The position numbers and the translations under genes are program-made. A DNA stretch of 64,000 nucleotides from positions 7,626 to 71,625 of the forward strand of contig CAYPVK010000004.1 of NCBI GenBank assembly GCA_964414185.1, given 5' to 3'. A model generated the notes under the pieces. It had not been told where the DNA came from and did not search any database. It saw only the letters and a list, made by a program, of their open reading frames with translations. This document shows, one piece after another, positions 40,992-53,222 of this stretch; position 1 is the stretch's first letter, and each line of letters begins with the position of its first letter. This stretch comes from an uncultured Lactobacillales bacterium (GTDB taxonomy: Bacteria; Pseudomonadota; Alphaproteobacteria; CAAHEQ01; UBA3637).

Positions 40992-41816
40992 ATGACTACA
41001 GGTATTGAAGAATCATTTATTAAACATTTTGAAGCAGACGTTCACAACGCCTATCAACAACAAGGATCAAAATTACAATCCACCGTGCGTAGCAAAAATA
41101 ACATCAAAGGTGCTTCAACGACTTTCCAAGTCATCGGGAAAGCAACGGCCGAAACAAAAGCAAGAAACTCTCAAATTTCAACATCGGCCGTAACGCATGA
41201 ACCCGTTGAATGCACATTGACCGATTATTATTCCGGCCAATGGGTCGATTCATTGGATGAACTCAAAGTCGGCCATGACGAAAGAAAAGCTTTGGCAACC
41301 GCCGGCGCTTATGCATTGGGGCGCAAAACGGACGAATTGATTATTAATGCTTTAAAAGGGGCAACCCAAACAGTCGGTTCGGGCGCTTTGACAAAAGACC
41401 GTATTTTGGAAGCATTCACATTGCTTAACAAAAATGATGTGCCCGATGATGGCGAAAGATACGCTTTGTTGTCTCCGGAAGCTTGGAATCAATTGATGGC
41501 CATTGAAGAATTTTCAAATGCTAATTATGTCGGAGAAGCTTATCCGTATTTGACGGGTTCCGAAACCAGAAAATGGATGGGCATTGTGTGGATTATGCAT
41601 ACGGGCTTGCCGGAAGATACGTCTAACAGCACGCATGATTGCTTTATCTATCACAAATCGGCCGTCGGGCATGCATCGGGGCAAGATATTAAAACCGATA
41701 TCACATGGCACGGCGATTATGCTGCCCACTTTGTCAACAACATGATGAGCCAAGGGGCTTGTTTGATTGATAAAAAAGGTGTCGTAAAATTGACGGTTTC
41801 CGATACGGCGGCGTAA
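40992..41816 (+). CDS. Putative major capsid protein
   Basis: 274 aa with AAGGAAA RBS. Positioned after the scaffold gene and followed by a strong terminator, as for highly expressed capsid genes. Confidence 0.65.
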   Translation: MTTGIEESFIKHFEADVHNAYQQQGSKLQSTVRSKNNIKGASTTFQVIGKATAETKARNSQISTSAVTHEPVECTLTDYYSGQWVDSLDELKVGHDERKALATAGAYALGRKTDELIINALKGATQTVGSGALTKDRILEAFTLLNKNDVPDDGERYALLSPEAWNQLMAIEEFSNANYVGEAYPYLTGSETRKWMGIVWIMHTGLPEDTSNSTHDCFIYHKSAVGHASGQDIKTDITWHGDYAAHFVNNMMSQGACLIDKKGVVKLTVSDTAA

Positions 41817-41850
41817 TCTTAACGTGAATTAACGTTTGTATCTCTTTAGG

Positions 41851-41880
41851 GGCGGAAGAAAATTCTTCCGCCTTTTTTTT
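41851..41880 (+). terminator. Strong intrinsic terminator/attenuator immediately after the capsid gene
   Basis: GGCGGAAG-aaaatt-CTTCCGCC followed by TTTTTTTT. Confidence 0.8.
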
Positions 41881-41904
41881 AATCTATATCAAAGGGGTTA
41901 TCCT

Positions 41905-42474
41905 ATGCCATTTACATCCATTGACCTTTGTTCACGCGCTTTGGTAAAAATCGGTGCCAAAAGTATTTCTTCATTTAACGAAGAAACGGCCGAATCCACG
42001 GTTGCCGAACAATTATATACGCCCGTTTTGGAAGGATTATTGTCAAGCTATCCGTGGAGATTTGCCCTTTCTCAACGTGAATTGGCGCGCTTGAACGACA
42101 CGCCGAGTGGCGATTATCGTTATGCTTTCGCTTTGCCGAACGATTTTTTAAGAGCTATTTCCGCCGGTCCGAAAGGGCACGGAAAAGGATTGGACTACCG
42201 TATTTGCGGCACTCAGTTGCATACGAACAGTGATAATGTTTTGCTGACGTATTTATATAAGCCGGGTGAAATGAATTTCCCGCCGTTTTTTTATCAGCTG
42301 GTTATTGCATGGTTAGCCGCGGAATTTTGTTTGCCTTTAACGGAAAGCACAACACGGACGGAACATTTGCGGGCGATTGCCGAAGATGAATTCAAACGCG
42401 CCAAGCTGATAGATTCGCAGCAGTCCGTCCCAAGTGCTTTCCAAGATTTTTCATTGATTGAGGTACGTTTATGA
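41905..42474 (+). CDS. Putative tail tubular protein A / adaptor (T7 gp11-like)
   Basis: Start moved to ATG 41905 (GGGG RBS), because the track start at 41836 lies inside the terminator. The N-terminus SIDLCSRALVKIGAKSISSFNEETAES...SYPWRFA recalls the gp11 N-terminal pattern. Confidence 0.5.
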   Translation: MPFTSIDLCSRALVKIGAKSISSFNEETAESTVAEQLYTPVLEGLLSSYPWRFALSQRELARLNDTPSGDYRYAFALPNDFLRAISAGPKGHGKGLDYRICGTQLHTNSDNVLLTYLYKPGEMNFPPFFYQLVIAWLAAEFCLPLTESTTRTEHLRAIAEDEFKRAKLIDSQQSVPSAFQDFSLIEVRL

Positions 42475-44390
42475 CAAGTTTATTTACAGCCAAAACAAAT
42501 TTTACGGCGGGCGAATTATCGCACGATTTGTTGGGGCGTGTTGATTTAAGTGCATATGCAAACGGAGCGATGGAACTGAAAAACGTTTTTATCGAACCGA
42601 CCGGCGGCGTACACCGCCGTCCGGGGCTTAAGTATGTTGATACGTTACAACAAACCGGCCGTCTGGTTAATTTTGAACTCAGCGCTTTGGAAAATTATCT
42701 TATTGTTTTGCATGCCGGTACGGCAGACATCTATAAAGACGGCGTTTTCCAAACCGAAATTGAAACGCCCTACACCGCCGAACAGCTTAAAACCATTCAT
42801 TGGAGTCAAAGTGCCGATGCCTTGTTTTTAACACACCAAGACGTTTGCCCGCAGAAAATCGAAAAAAAAGACGGCATTTGGACAATATCGGATTTTGAAT
42901 TTTTGGTTGAAGACGAATGTATTTTGCAACCTTATCATAAATTTTGCAGTGCCGACACGACAATTTCAAGTTCCGGCATAACGGGAACGGTTACGTTGAA
43001 AACTTCCAAAGATTTTTTCACAACCGCCCATGTCGGGACTCAGATTAAAATCGCCGACGGGTATGTCGTTATTAATTCGATAACAAATGCAAAAACCGCA
43101 GCGGCAACCGTTAAGAAAAAGTTGGTATCGGATGCCGATGACGGTGTTTCTTTGGAAGCGACACGTTCATTTTGGGAACCCGTTTTTACCGAAGAGCGCG
43201 GCTGGCCCGTTTGTGTGGCGTTTTATCAATCGCGGTTGATTTTCGGGGGCAGCAAAAAATTGCCAAACACATTATGGTTCAGCCAAACATCCGATTTGAC
43301 AAACTTTGAATTGGGCGACGGATATGATGCGGAAGGCATATCGTTTTCGATTTTGTCGGACCAATCCAACATTATTTGCGCTTTATTTGCCGGACGGCAT
43401 TTGCAAGTATTTACGACATCCGCCGAATGGATGGTATCGGGCGATCCTTTAACGCCGACAAATATTCAATTAAAACGCCAAACTCAGGTGGGTTCTCCCG
43501 CCCGTTGGTATGTGCCGCCCATCGGCATTGACGGAGCAACGATATTTCCGTCGGCAAACGGGCGCGAAATCCGCGAATTCTTATTCGCAGATATTGAACA
43601 AGCCTATCAGGCAACCGATTTGTCTTTGTTGGCGTCACATTTAATCAATGACCCGCAAGACCAAGCGTATGATAAGCATAACCGTCAAGCTTACATTTTA
43701 ATGAGCAACGGCCATGTATGCGTATTGTGCTCTTTCCGTTCGGAAGATATTCAAAGTTGGACCGAATTGACAACGCAAGGTGATTTTATTTCCGTATGCA
43801 TGTCCGGGCAAAAAGCTTATTTCATTACCAAACGTGAAGAAACTTATTATTTAGAATGTTTCGATGATGATATCGGGACGGATTTAAGTTGCCTGTTAAC
43901 GGCCGAAACGCCCACCGATACGTTTGAAGTGCCGGAATATTTAAAAGGAAAGACGGTAAAAATTGTCGCTGACGATATTGTTTTGCCCGATCAAGAAGTG
44001 ACGGATGGGCAAATCATATTGCCCTTCAATGCTTCCAAGGTTGAAGTGGGTTTAGGTTTTGAGCATATCATATCGCCTTTGCCGCCATCCGTCGGCGCGA
44101 CAAATTCCGTAGCACCCGTATCGGCATGCCGATTGGTCAAAGCTTGTTTCAGAGTTATTAATACAAATACGTTGGAAATTGACACGGGCAACGGCATACG
44201 GCAGGAAGTTTCATACCCGTTGGACAGCTATAAGTTTGATTCGCTTATCCAAAAGCAAACGTCCGATATTGTCGTGCGTGCTTTGGGATGGGTCAGAGCG
44301 CCCGACAAACCTTTATGGCGCATTATCGGCGAAACGCCGAAACCGTTTAAATTGGTCAGTGTAACACAAGATTTAAAAATAGGAGGATAA
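42471..44390 (+). CDS. Putative tail tubular protein B / nozzle (T7 gp12-like)
   Basis: 639 aa, overlapping the gp11-like stop. The N-terminus FTAGELSHDLLGRVDLSAYANGAMELKNVFIEPTGGVHRRPGLKYV recalls gp12-type N-termini. Confidence 0.5.
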   Translation: MTSLFTAKTNFTAGELSHDLLGRVDLSAYANGAMELKNVFIEPTGGVHRRPGLKYVDTLQQTGRLVNFELSALENYLIVLHAGTADIYKDGVFQTEIETPYTAEQLKTIHWSQSADALFLTHQDVCPQKIEKKDGIWTISDFEFLVEDECILQPYHKFCSADTTISSSGITGTVTLKTSKDFFTTAHVGTQIKIADGYVVINSITNAKTAAATVKKKLVSDADDGVSLEATRSFWEPVFTEERGWPVCVAFYQSRLIFGGSKKLPNTLWFSQTSDLTNFELGDGYDAEGISFSILSDQSNIICALFAGRHLQVFTTSAEWMVSGDPLTPTNIQLKRQTQVGSPARWYVPPIGIDGATIFPSANGREIREFLFADIEQAYQATDLSLLASHLINDPQDQAYDKHNRQAYILMSNGHVCVLCSFRSEDIQSWTELTTQGDFISVCMSGQKAYFITKREETYYLECFDDDIGTDLSCLLTAETPTDTFEVPEYLKGKTVKIVADDIVLPDQEVTDGQIILPFNASKVEVGLGFEHIISPLPPSVGATNSVAPVSACRLVKACFRVINTNTLEIDTGNGIRQEVSYPLDSYKFDSLIQKQTSDIVVRALGWVRAPDKPLWRIIGETPKPFKLVSVTQDLKIGG

Positions 44391-44391
44391 C

Positions 44392-44856
44392 ATGCACGTA
44401 GCAGCAGCTACAGCGATTGCAACGGTCGCCGCATCTGTTTTTTATTCTAAAAAAAATTCGGATGCACAAAAAAAACAAATAAAAAAAGCCAACGCGGCTA
44501 CGCAAAAGCAATATGAATTAAACCGCCAACAAACTCAATTGACTTTGGCGGAAACCCAGCGAAAAAACCGTAATTTGTTAGCCAAGCAACAATCGGCCTA
44601 TAAAGCTAAATTGGGGGCAAGCGGCATGAGTTCAAAAAGCGGTTCGGGGGAAGTGGTTTTAAACACGATGCAAAAAGAACATGACGCGGAAGACAAATAT
44701 TTGGTCGATCAGGCAAATATTTCGTTGGAAGCGTTGTTAAACAGCGTCAACCGGACAAAATCGCGCAATTTATTGTCACTTCAAACACTGGAAAACAATG
44801 AACGCAACAATATCATCAGCGGTATAAATTCTTTCGGGCGCAGCGTTATCAAATAG
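44392..44856 (+). CDS. Small virion-associated protein candidate (N-terminal hydrophobic helix plus Gln/Lys-rich coiled coil)
   Basis: 154 aa, starting 1 nt after the upstream stop. Confidence 0.4.
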   Translation: MHVAAATAIATVAASVFYSKKNSDAQKKQIKKANAATQKQYELNRQQTQLTLAETQRKNRNLLAKQQSAYKAKLGASGMSSKSGSGEVVLNTMQKEHDAEDKYLVDQANISLEALLNSVNRTKSRNLLSLQTLENNERNNIISGINSFGRSVIK

Positions 44857-44866
44857 GAGGATACTC

Positions 44867-45160
44867 ATGAGCGATAAAGATTTAAAGCTCATCGATATTC
44901 TATCCCCTTATTTGGAAAAGTCACTTAAAAGTTACGAAGAGTTCATCTCTCAGGAACATCCTCGGGACCCGAAAGGCTTTACGGCATACCATAATGCCTG
45001 CAAAGCGGTTTTATCCCATGTGGCATTATTATTAAGATTAATCGAACACAATGATGTTGATGCGGCAACGCCGGAGGCCGAACCGGGTTTATTGGCTTTA
45101 ATCAGACAGGCACAAGATGCCGATGAAATTCAGGAGGATACGGATGAAGACTTTGAGTAA
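44867..45160 (+). CDS. Hypothetical acidic protein; candidate small terminase by position
   Basis: 97 aa with GGAGGA RBS. Lies directly upstream of, and overlapping, the large terminase gene. Positional inference only. Confidence 0.3.
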   Translation: MSDKDLKLIDILSPYLEKSLKSYEEFISQEHPRDPKGFTAYHNACKAVLSHVALLLRLIEHNDVDAATPEAEPGLLALIRQAQDADEIQEDTDEDFE

Positions 45161-46598
45161 GCATGCAAATAACGAAGCTTTGCGGTTAAATTTAAGCGAA
45201 TTTGTTTGGATTTGGACGCATTTGCAAAATTTGACGGTACCGCGCCACCATGTACGCATGTGCCGTTTTTTATCTGAATTATGGCAAAACAAGGATGATA
45301 AAAACGGTTTGTTAATGGCTTTTCGCAACTCGGGCAAATCCACAATTGTCGGGTTATTTTGCGCATATGTTTTATGGCAAAATCCCGACACGCGGATTTT
45401 GATTTTATCGGCCGATCACGAATTGGCAAAAAAAATGGTACGCAACATTAAACGCATTATTGAAAAGCACCCACTGACAAAAGAATTGAAACCGGCCAAA
45501 AAAGACCAATGGGCATCGGATTGTTTTACCGTCAATCGGCGCGCCAATTTGCGTGACCCATCGGTTTTGGCACGCGGTTTAATGGCTAATATCACGGGAT
45601 GCCGAGCGGATTTGATTATTTGCGATGATGTGGAAGTTCCCAAATCTTGCGATACAAGTGTCAAGCGGCGCGATTTGCGGACAAAATTATCCGAATTGGA
45701 TTATATTTTGACGCCGGGCGGTATGATGCTGTATGTCGGCACGCCACACACAGTCGATACGATATACAATACCGAATCGGACGGTTTTTTGGCCGGATGG
45801 GAAAGTTTGAAAATTCCGATTTTGACAGCGGCGGGAAAATCAAATTGGCCGGGCAGATTTTCCGAAGCCAAGATTGCCGCAATCAAAAAACGGTCAGGAC
45901 CGAATAAATTTGCAAGTCAAATGATGCTTGAAGCCGTTCGGTTGCAAGACAGCCGTTTGGACGGGCAAAAAATAGCTTTGTACAAAGATGAATTGGATTA
46001 TACGCAAGCCAACCAAAGTGCCGTTTTAAAAATCGGTTCAAATCGACTGGTATCGGTTTCCGCTTGGTGGGATCCGGCTTTCGGCGCGATAGACAAAGGT
46101 GACGACAGTGTCGTAGCGTGTGTATTTACGGACGAAAAAGGCATGTATTATTTACATGATATTTTGTATTTGCGCGTGCCGGATTCCGAAGAATCGGCTT
46201 CGTTCCAATGTCGGGAAGTTGCCGATTTTGTCAACCGAAATTATTTGCCGTCGATAAATTTGGAAACAAACGGCATCGGAAAATTTTTGCCGGCATTGTT
46301 AAGAGCAGAATTGGCGCGCAATCATATTGCGTGTGCCGTCATTGAACAAACGTCCCGCCAAAATAAAGCTATGCGGATTTTATCGGCATTCGATGCGCTG
46401 TTAATGAACGGCGGCCTTAAAGCCCATGTGCGTATAAAACAAACGCCGTTTTTTGACCAAATGCAAGATTGGGTGCCGAACGGCAAAACAAAAGACGATG
46501 CGCTTGATGCCGTTGCGGGATGTTTGCTGAAAGAACCCGTTCGGTTGCCGCAATACATACACAGATATACAAATAAGAAAAGAGAATGGAGATTTTAA
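45144..46598 (+). CDS. Terminase large subunit
   Basis: Start taken at ATG 45144 after AGGAGGA. Walker A-like FRNSGKSTIVG and Walker B-like ADLIICDDVE, with a C-terminal nuclease-like region. Confidence 0.78.
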   Translation: MKTLSKHANNEALRLNLSEFVWIWTHLQNLTVPRHHVRMCRFLSELWQNKDDKNGLLMAFRNSGKSTIVGLFCAYVLWQNPDTRILILSADHELAKKMVRNIKRIIEKHPLTKELKPAKKDQWASDCFTVNRRANLRDPSVLARGLMANITGCRADLIICDDVEVPKSCDTSVKRRDLRTKLSELDYILTPGGMMLYVGTPHTVDTIYNTESDGFLAGWESLKIPILTAAGKSNWPGRFSEAKIAAIKKRSGPNKFASQMMLEAVRLQDSRLDGQKIALYKDELDYTQANQSAVLKIGSNRLVSVSAWWDPAFGAIDKGDDSVVACVFTDEKGMYYLHDILYLRVPDSEESASFQCREVADFVNRNYLPSINLETNGIGKFLPALLRAELARNHIACAVIEQTSRQNKAMRILSAFDALLMNGGLKAHVRIKQTPFFDQMQDWVPNGKTKDDALDAVAGCLLKEPVRLPQYIHRYTNKKREWRF

Positions 46599-46599
46599 A

Positions 46600-47010
46600 A
46601 TGAGCGAAGAAGTGACAATTTTTGCCAAGACTATTTTCGGCGAAGCGCACGCCCAAAAACTGTCAGCGATGGAAGCCGTTGCCAACGTTGTCATGAATCG
46701 GGTGCGCCATGCGCAAAAAGTCGGCAGCTATTGGTGGGGAATGACGCCCAAAGAAGTGTGTTTAAAACCGTTGCAATTCAAATGTTGGCAATATACCGAT
46801 TATGCCAATCCCGCCAAAGACGAAGTTTTAAAAAACAATAAAGTTTATAAAATCTGCGAACGGTTGGCACGGCGTGCCGTCAGCGGATTTTTAAAGGACA
46901 ATACCAAAGGCGCAACGCATTACCACCGTTTGGAAGAACACCCCGCTTGGGCGGCCAAAGCGGTTCCGTGCGCTCAAATCGGAGGGTTTTTATTTTATGC
47001 GCACGTCTAA
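46600..47010 (+). CDS. SleB/Hydrolase_2-type cell-wall hydrolase (endolysin candidate)
   Basis: 136 aa. AKTIFGEAHAQKLSAMEAVANVVMNRV...ATHYH matches the SleB-like hydrolase pattern. Confidence 0.78.
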   Translation: MSEEVTIFAKTIFGEAHAQKLSAMEAVANVVMNRVRHAQKVGSYWWGMTPKEVCLKPLQFKCWQYTDYANPAKDEVLKNNKVYKICERLARRAVSGFLKDNTKGATHYHRLEEHPAWAAKAVPCAQIGGFLFYAHV

Positions 47011-47332
47011 AAAAAGAGAAGAAAATTTATCGGAATTTTCATTGGAAATGGGCAAATTAATGGCTCAAGTCGACGGTTTGCAAAAACAATTGGCCGATAT
47101 CAAAAAAGATGTCAGTTCAACAAAAACGCAAATTGCCAACGTACATACCGAATTACTTAATTTTATGGGTACCGTACAAAAGAAAACCGTTTGTCAGGCA
47201 ATGCATGACAAATTAAACAAAGAATTTATCATGCGCCGCGAAATAGCACCCATTAAAGCGATTTTAAACGTTATTGCCGTTACAACCGTTACGGCCATTT
47301 GCATTGCCGTCATGGATTTAATTTTAAAATAG
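46997..47332 (+). CDS. Coiled-coil protein with C-terminal TM anchor (lysis accessory, spanin- or holin-like candidate)
   Basis: 111 aa, overlapping the lysin stop. The C-terminal helix is ILNVIAVTTVTAICIAVMDLIL. Confidence 0.4.
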   Translation: MRTSKKREENLSEFSLEMGKLMAQVDGLQKQLADIKKDVSSTKTQIANVHTELLNFMGTVQKKTVCQAMHDKLNKEFIMRREIAPIKAILNVIAVTTVTAICIAVMDLILK

Positions 47333-47341
47333 GAGGATAAT

Positions 47342-47533
47342 ATGATTGATTTTATAATAACACATATTGAAGATTTGCTGATTGCGATGAGTTCAATTGT
47401 TGCCGGTGCCAGTGTGTTGGCGGCTTTAACGCCGACGAAAAAAGACGATTTGTTTTTTAAATACGTTAAAAACACATTGGATTTTTTGGCTTTAAATATC
47501 GGCAATGCCAAACCGGCGTCCAAAACGGCTTAA
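47342..47533 (+). CDS. Small single-TM protein (holin-like candidate)
   Basis: 63 aa with GGAGGA RBS. TM helix LLIAMSSIVAGASVLAALTP followed by TKKDD. Confidence 0.4.
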   Translation: MIDFIITHIEDLLIAMSSIVAGASVLAALTPTKKDDLFFKYVKNTLDFLALNIGNAKPASKTA

Positions 47534-47683
47534 TCGCAACAATAAACGCATTCGCATTTGTACATTGACGCTAAAAAAAACAAGCGGTCTTATAAAATTC
47601 ATTTTAAAATGAAAGCGATTGACTTTTAACGGTGATTTTGCTACATATTGACGTAATGGCAATCAACGTATTGAGGCAATCCG

Positions 47684-48301
47684 ATGAAAGATAAAAATTC
47701 CGTTTTTAAACGGCATCGCGAAACGATGAAAGATCGTTTAAAACGATTGGTTTTAAGTTTGTTGTGGTATGGCCCTTTGTTGGCGGGCGCCGTGTGGGGA
47801 TCTTGGTATATCAAAAAGTTATTGCCCGCTTACGTTTCAAATTATTTCGGGTTGCCGGCGGCTCAATCCATATCCATGGCCAATATCAAACGTGCCGAAT
47901 TTTTAAAGGATAATTTATCTTTTCCAATGGGATTGCCGCAATATTTAACGGCGCAAATGTCCGCCATAGCCGCCACAACCAAAGCCGGCACATTGGAAAT
48001 TGCCACGAATGCTGCCGTAACCTTGATAAACGGCTTATTAAGCATTTTTGTTGTTATCTTGGCAATTTACATTATTTTACGATTTTTAAAATATTATAAG
48101 ACACGTGCGGCCGAAGACAGAATCGCCCGCCAAGTCGCCAATCGTTTAATCCCGATGTTGGAAGAAATCAACAACAACATATTGGCGTTGGGGGAAAAAC
48201 AAAACAACAACGCATTGCCTGTCAAAGAATTTGTCTTGTCCGAAATTCATGAAGAAAAGGGAAAATCACCCCAATCGCAATTTGTCGAAAACGGCAAATA
48301 A
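47684..48301 (+). CDS. Hypothetical membrane protein
   Basis: 205 aa with two or three hydrophobic segments. No recognised motif. Confidence 0.5.
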   Translation: MKDKNSVFKRHRETMKDRLKRLVLSLLWYGPLLAGAVWGSWYIKKLLPAYVSNYFGLPAAQSISMANIKRAEFLKDNLSFPMGLPQYLTAQMSAIAATTKAGTLEIATNAAVTLINGLLSIFVVILAIYIILRFLKYYKTRAAEDRIARQVANRLIPMLEEINNNILALGEKQNNNALPVKEFVLSEIHEEKGKSPQSQFVENGK

Positions 48302-48305
48302 AAAA

Positions 48306-50280
<1,975 letters not shown>

Positions 50281-50289
50281 TTAAACTTT

Positions 50290-51381
50290 TTATTCATCTG
50301 TTTGATTCATCATTGCGGCGGATACGACTTCCGCCAAATCGGTTGTGATTTTGGATTGACGCGTACGCCGATAGAGCTTTTGCATGGATTTGAGCATTTC
50401 TTCGGCATTGCGCGTTGCATTATCCATTGCCATCAAACGCGCGGCATTGTCCGCCACTTCGGTTTCAAGCAACACGCGGCAAATATAAAACACCATATAT
50501 TGCGGCAACATTTGTTCCAACAATTCCAAATCGGACAAATCATAATCATATTCGTCGGGCGAACGGGTGGATTGTTCCAAAATGCCTTTGTCAATAGCCC
50601 CGAGCGGCGCCAACATATCGGCACCCCCGAAAGCCGTCAAAAAGGAAGATTGGTGAATATTGTATTTTTTGTGTCCCAGCACATCACGACTGACATAATC
50701 GGCATCGTTTGTATTGATTAAAAATTGCCACGGATTGTTTTTTTCAAACAATTTATTCGGGATTACCTGTTCAATCGTCGGTTTTTGCGACACAACAGAA
50801 TGGAATTCATTATAAACGAACAAGCACACGTCAAATTGGCCATGGTCAAATGCTTCAACCAATGTTGCGGCAATACGTTCCGCATCCAAATAAGTATCAT
50901 CACCTGTGTGCAATTTGCGTTTGGCCGACCGTATTTGCCATTCGGGATGGTTGCGTTTTAAAACGTCGGCGCCGCGCGTGCCGAAACAAAACAAAGTAAC
51001 TTTTTTGTCTTGTTCATGCAAATATTTAACCACTTCTTCGGTTTTTTGGACAACGGTGCTTGTAGATGAACCGCTGAGACCGTCATCGGACGTAATGACC
51101 ACAACGACATAGCGTTTATCTTTTCCGTTGCCTTTCAAAAGCGGTGGCATCGGCAAAATTTCGCTTGACCCTTGCAAAGCCAATTGTTCTTGGCGAAAAG
51201 AAGCCGACCGAATCAAGCGGCGAATCATACGGTATATTTCAATCGCGTATTTGCCGGTGCGCAAAAACGTTTCATGTTTTTTCTTCAACCTTGAAATCGC
51301 AACAACCTTCATCGACGCGGTTACTTGGTGCGTCGATTCGATAGTTTTTATACGGTCGCCGATTTTCTTAAGTGAACTCAT
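50290..51381 (-). CDS. atpG: F0F1 ATP synthase subunit gamma (enlarged, 363 aa)
   Basis: The N-terminus [31 protein letters not shown] and C-terminus [16 protein letters not shown] are gamma signatures. It has about 60-70 extra residues in the middle. Confidence 0.9.
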   Translation of the reverse strand: MSSLKKIGDRIKTIESTHQVTASMKVVAISRLKKKHETFLRTGKYAIEIYRMIRRLIRSASFRQEQLALQGSSEILPMPPLLKGNGKDKRYVVVVITSDDGLSGSSTSTVVQKTEEVVKYLHEQDKKVTLFCFGTRGADVLKRNHPEWQIRSAKRKLHTGDDTYLDAERIAATLVEAFDHGQFDVCLFVYNEFHSVVSQKPTIEQVIPNKLFEKNNPWQFLINTNDADYVSRDVLGHKKYNIHQSSFLTAFGGADMLAPLGAIDKGILEQSTRSPDEYDYDLSDLELLEQMLPQYMVFYICRVLLETEVADNAARLMAMDNATRNAEEMLKSMQKLYRRTRQSKITTDLAEVVSAAMMNQTDE

Positions 51382-53222
51382 TTATTTTTCTTTTCTCCGG
51401 TCATTTTTTCGGCATCATCGCCCATGAACTTTTTGGTAAATTCCGCCACAAAGGTACCCAAACGTTTTTTCAAATCTTCCGACAAATCTTTTGTTTTTTC
51501 AATATCGGAAAGGATAGTCGACCCTTCCAATTTAACGGATTCTTGAAGTGCCGCCTCATATTTTGAAACGTCTTCGATTTTAATGCCATCCAAATATCCG
51601 TTCACGCCGGCATAAATCGATACGACTTCCTGAGCCATCGTATAGGGCATATATTGCTTTTGTTTCATAATTTCGGTTAATCGCGCCCCGCGATTCAACA
51701 AGTTTTGCGTTGCGGGATCTAAATCCGAAGCGAATTGTGAAAATGACAACACTTCCCTGTATTGCGCCAAATCCAACTTTAACGAACCCGCGACCTTTTT
51801 CATTGCTTTTGTTTGAGCCGACGACCCGACACGCGATACGGACAACCCGACGTTAATGGCCGGACGTACGCCTTGGTGAAACAAAGAAGTTTCCAAGAAA
51901 ATTTGACCGTCCGTAATTGAAATGACATTGGTCGGAATATAGGCAGACACATCGCCTTCTTGCGTTTCGACAACGGGCAATGCGGTCAACGATCCGCCCC
52001 CCTTAGCCGCACTTAATTGAGCGGCACGTTCAAGCAAACGCGAATGCAAATAAAATACGTCGCCGGGATATGCTTCACGGCCCGACGGGCGCTTTAACAA
52101 TAAGGACATTTCACGGTACGCCACCGCATGCTTGGACAAATCGTCATAGAATACTATCGCGTTCATGCCGTTATCGCGGAAATATTCCCCGATGGCACAA
52201 CCCGCATAGGGTGCTAAATATTGCATGGATGCACTGTCGGCCGCCGTCGCCGAAACGATAATCGTATATTCCATCGCGCCGCGTGTTTGCAAATTGCGCA
52301 TAATTTCACGGACAGTTGATTGTTTTTGCCCGATAGCGACATAGATACAATACAATTTTTCTTTCGGATCTTCCGTTGAATCATTCAAAGCCTTTTGGCT
52401 TAAAATCGTGTCGACGATAATAGCCGTTTTACCTGTTTGGCGGTCGCCAATAATCAATTCGCGTTGCCCGCGCCCGATTGGCACCAAAGCGTCAATTCCT
52501 TTAATCCCCGTTTGAATCGGACGGTTAACGGACGAACGGTCGATAATGCTCGGTGCGGGAGCATTTACGGGTGCCTTTTGCAAAGAATCAAATCCTTCTT
52601 TGCCATCCAAAGGCATTCCCAGCGGGTTAATTACGCGCCCCAATAATTCCATGCCGACAGGGACGGAATTCATTTCATACGTGCGATAAACTTTTTGCCC
52701 TTCTTTTATCGCTTCGGCCTCTTCGAAAATTGTCACGTCCACACTGTCCGGATTCAAGTTCAACACCATTCCGTGCGGCCCGGCATCAAAAGAAACGCGT
52801 TCGCCGACGGCGATTTCTTTAAGCCCGCTGACCCGCGCGACACCGTCGGACACGGATTGAACTTGGCCCACCTCTTTAATAATCGGCTTTTCTTCAAAAG
52901 AAGCGATACGTTCTTTAAAGTAATTTGTCAATTTGCGTGCATCCGCAATGCCCGTAAATTCGTGTTGCAATTCCTTTTGGAACTGCGTCAACTGCCCTTT
53001 AATCGTTGCATCGACAAGCAATGAATTGACACGCATGGACAACCCGCCGATTAAATCAGGCACGACTTTCAGCTGTATCATAAAATTTTGCGTATCCAAG
53101 ATAGCGCCCAGTTGTTCGCGCAAAGCAATAAGCTGTTCATCCGTCATCGAAACGGCAGATTCAACCTCGACAATCATAGGCTTAACTTTAAGCCCTGTAT
53201 TTACAGACTTTTTTTCAGACAT
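51378..53222 (-). CDS. atpA: F0F1 ATP synthase subunit alpha with an N-terminal fusion to the C-terminal domain of subunit delta (OSCP)
   Basis: Residues from about 105 onward are canonical alpha ([16 protein letters not shown]..., P-loop GDRQTGKT). The first ~100 aa read [68 protein letters not shown], which is the delta C-terminal domain pattern. ATG at 53222 is preceded by AAGGA. Confidence 0.93.
   Translation of the reverse strand: MSEKKSVNTGLKVKPMIVEVESAVSMTDEQLIALREQLGAILDTQNFMIQLKVVPDLIGGLSMRVNSLLVDATIKGQLTQFQKELQHEFTGIADARKLTNYFKERIASFEEKPIIKEVGQVQSVSDGVARVSGLKEIAVGERVSFDAGPHGMVLNLNPDSVDVTIFEEAEAIKEGQKVYRTYEMNSVPVGMELLGRVINPLGMPLDGKEGFDSLQKAPVNAPAPSIIDRSSVNRPIQTGIKGIDALVPIGRGQRELIIGDRQTGKTAIIVDTILSQKALNDSTEDPKEKLYCIYVAIGQKQSTVREIMRNLQTRGAMEYTIIVSATAADSASMQYLAPYAGCAIGEYFRDNGMNAIVFYDDLSKHAVAYREMSLLLKRPSGREAYPGDVFYLHSRLLERAAQLSAAKGGGSLTALPVVETQEGDVSAYIPTNVISITDGQIFLETSLFHQGVRPAINVGLSVSRVGSSAQTKAMKKVAGSLKLDLAQYREVLSFSQFASDLDPATQNLLNRGARLTEIMKQKQYMPYTMAQEVVSIYAGVNGYLDGIKIEDVSKYEAALQESVKLEGSTILSDIEKTKDLSEDLKKRLGTFVAEFTKKFMGDDAEKMTGEKKNK

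Larger units (their letters stand above)
36353..47533 (+). mobile_element. Compact podovirus (T7-like gene order) prophage-like cluster without recognisable integrase, replication, tail-fibre or large internal-core genes
   Basis: The order is a divergent S24 repressor, two small ORFs, portal, small ORF, scaffold, capsid, gp11-like, gp12-like, two small ORFs, large terminase, SleB-like lysin and two small membrane proteins. All ORFs are intact and tightly packed. Confidence 0.6.

Noticed and set aside
41836-41904. The longer start (41836) for the gp11-like gene
   Set aside because: The extra 23 codons run through the capsid-gene terminator hairpin and T-tract and give an implausible peptide (MYLFRGGRKFFRLFFNLYQRGYP). 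ATG 41905 has an RBS and a conserved-looking N-terminus.
47640-47680. The string tgacgtaatggcaat near the right end of the phage-like cluster, resembling part of the island repeat (tgacggtaatggcaat)
   Set aside because: Only about 14 nt are similar, with a gap, and the rest of the 33-bp repeat is absent. This is too short to distinguish from chance.
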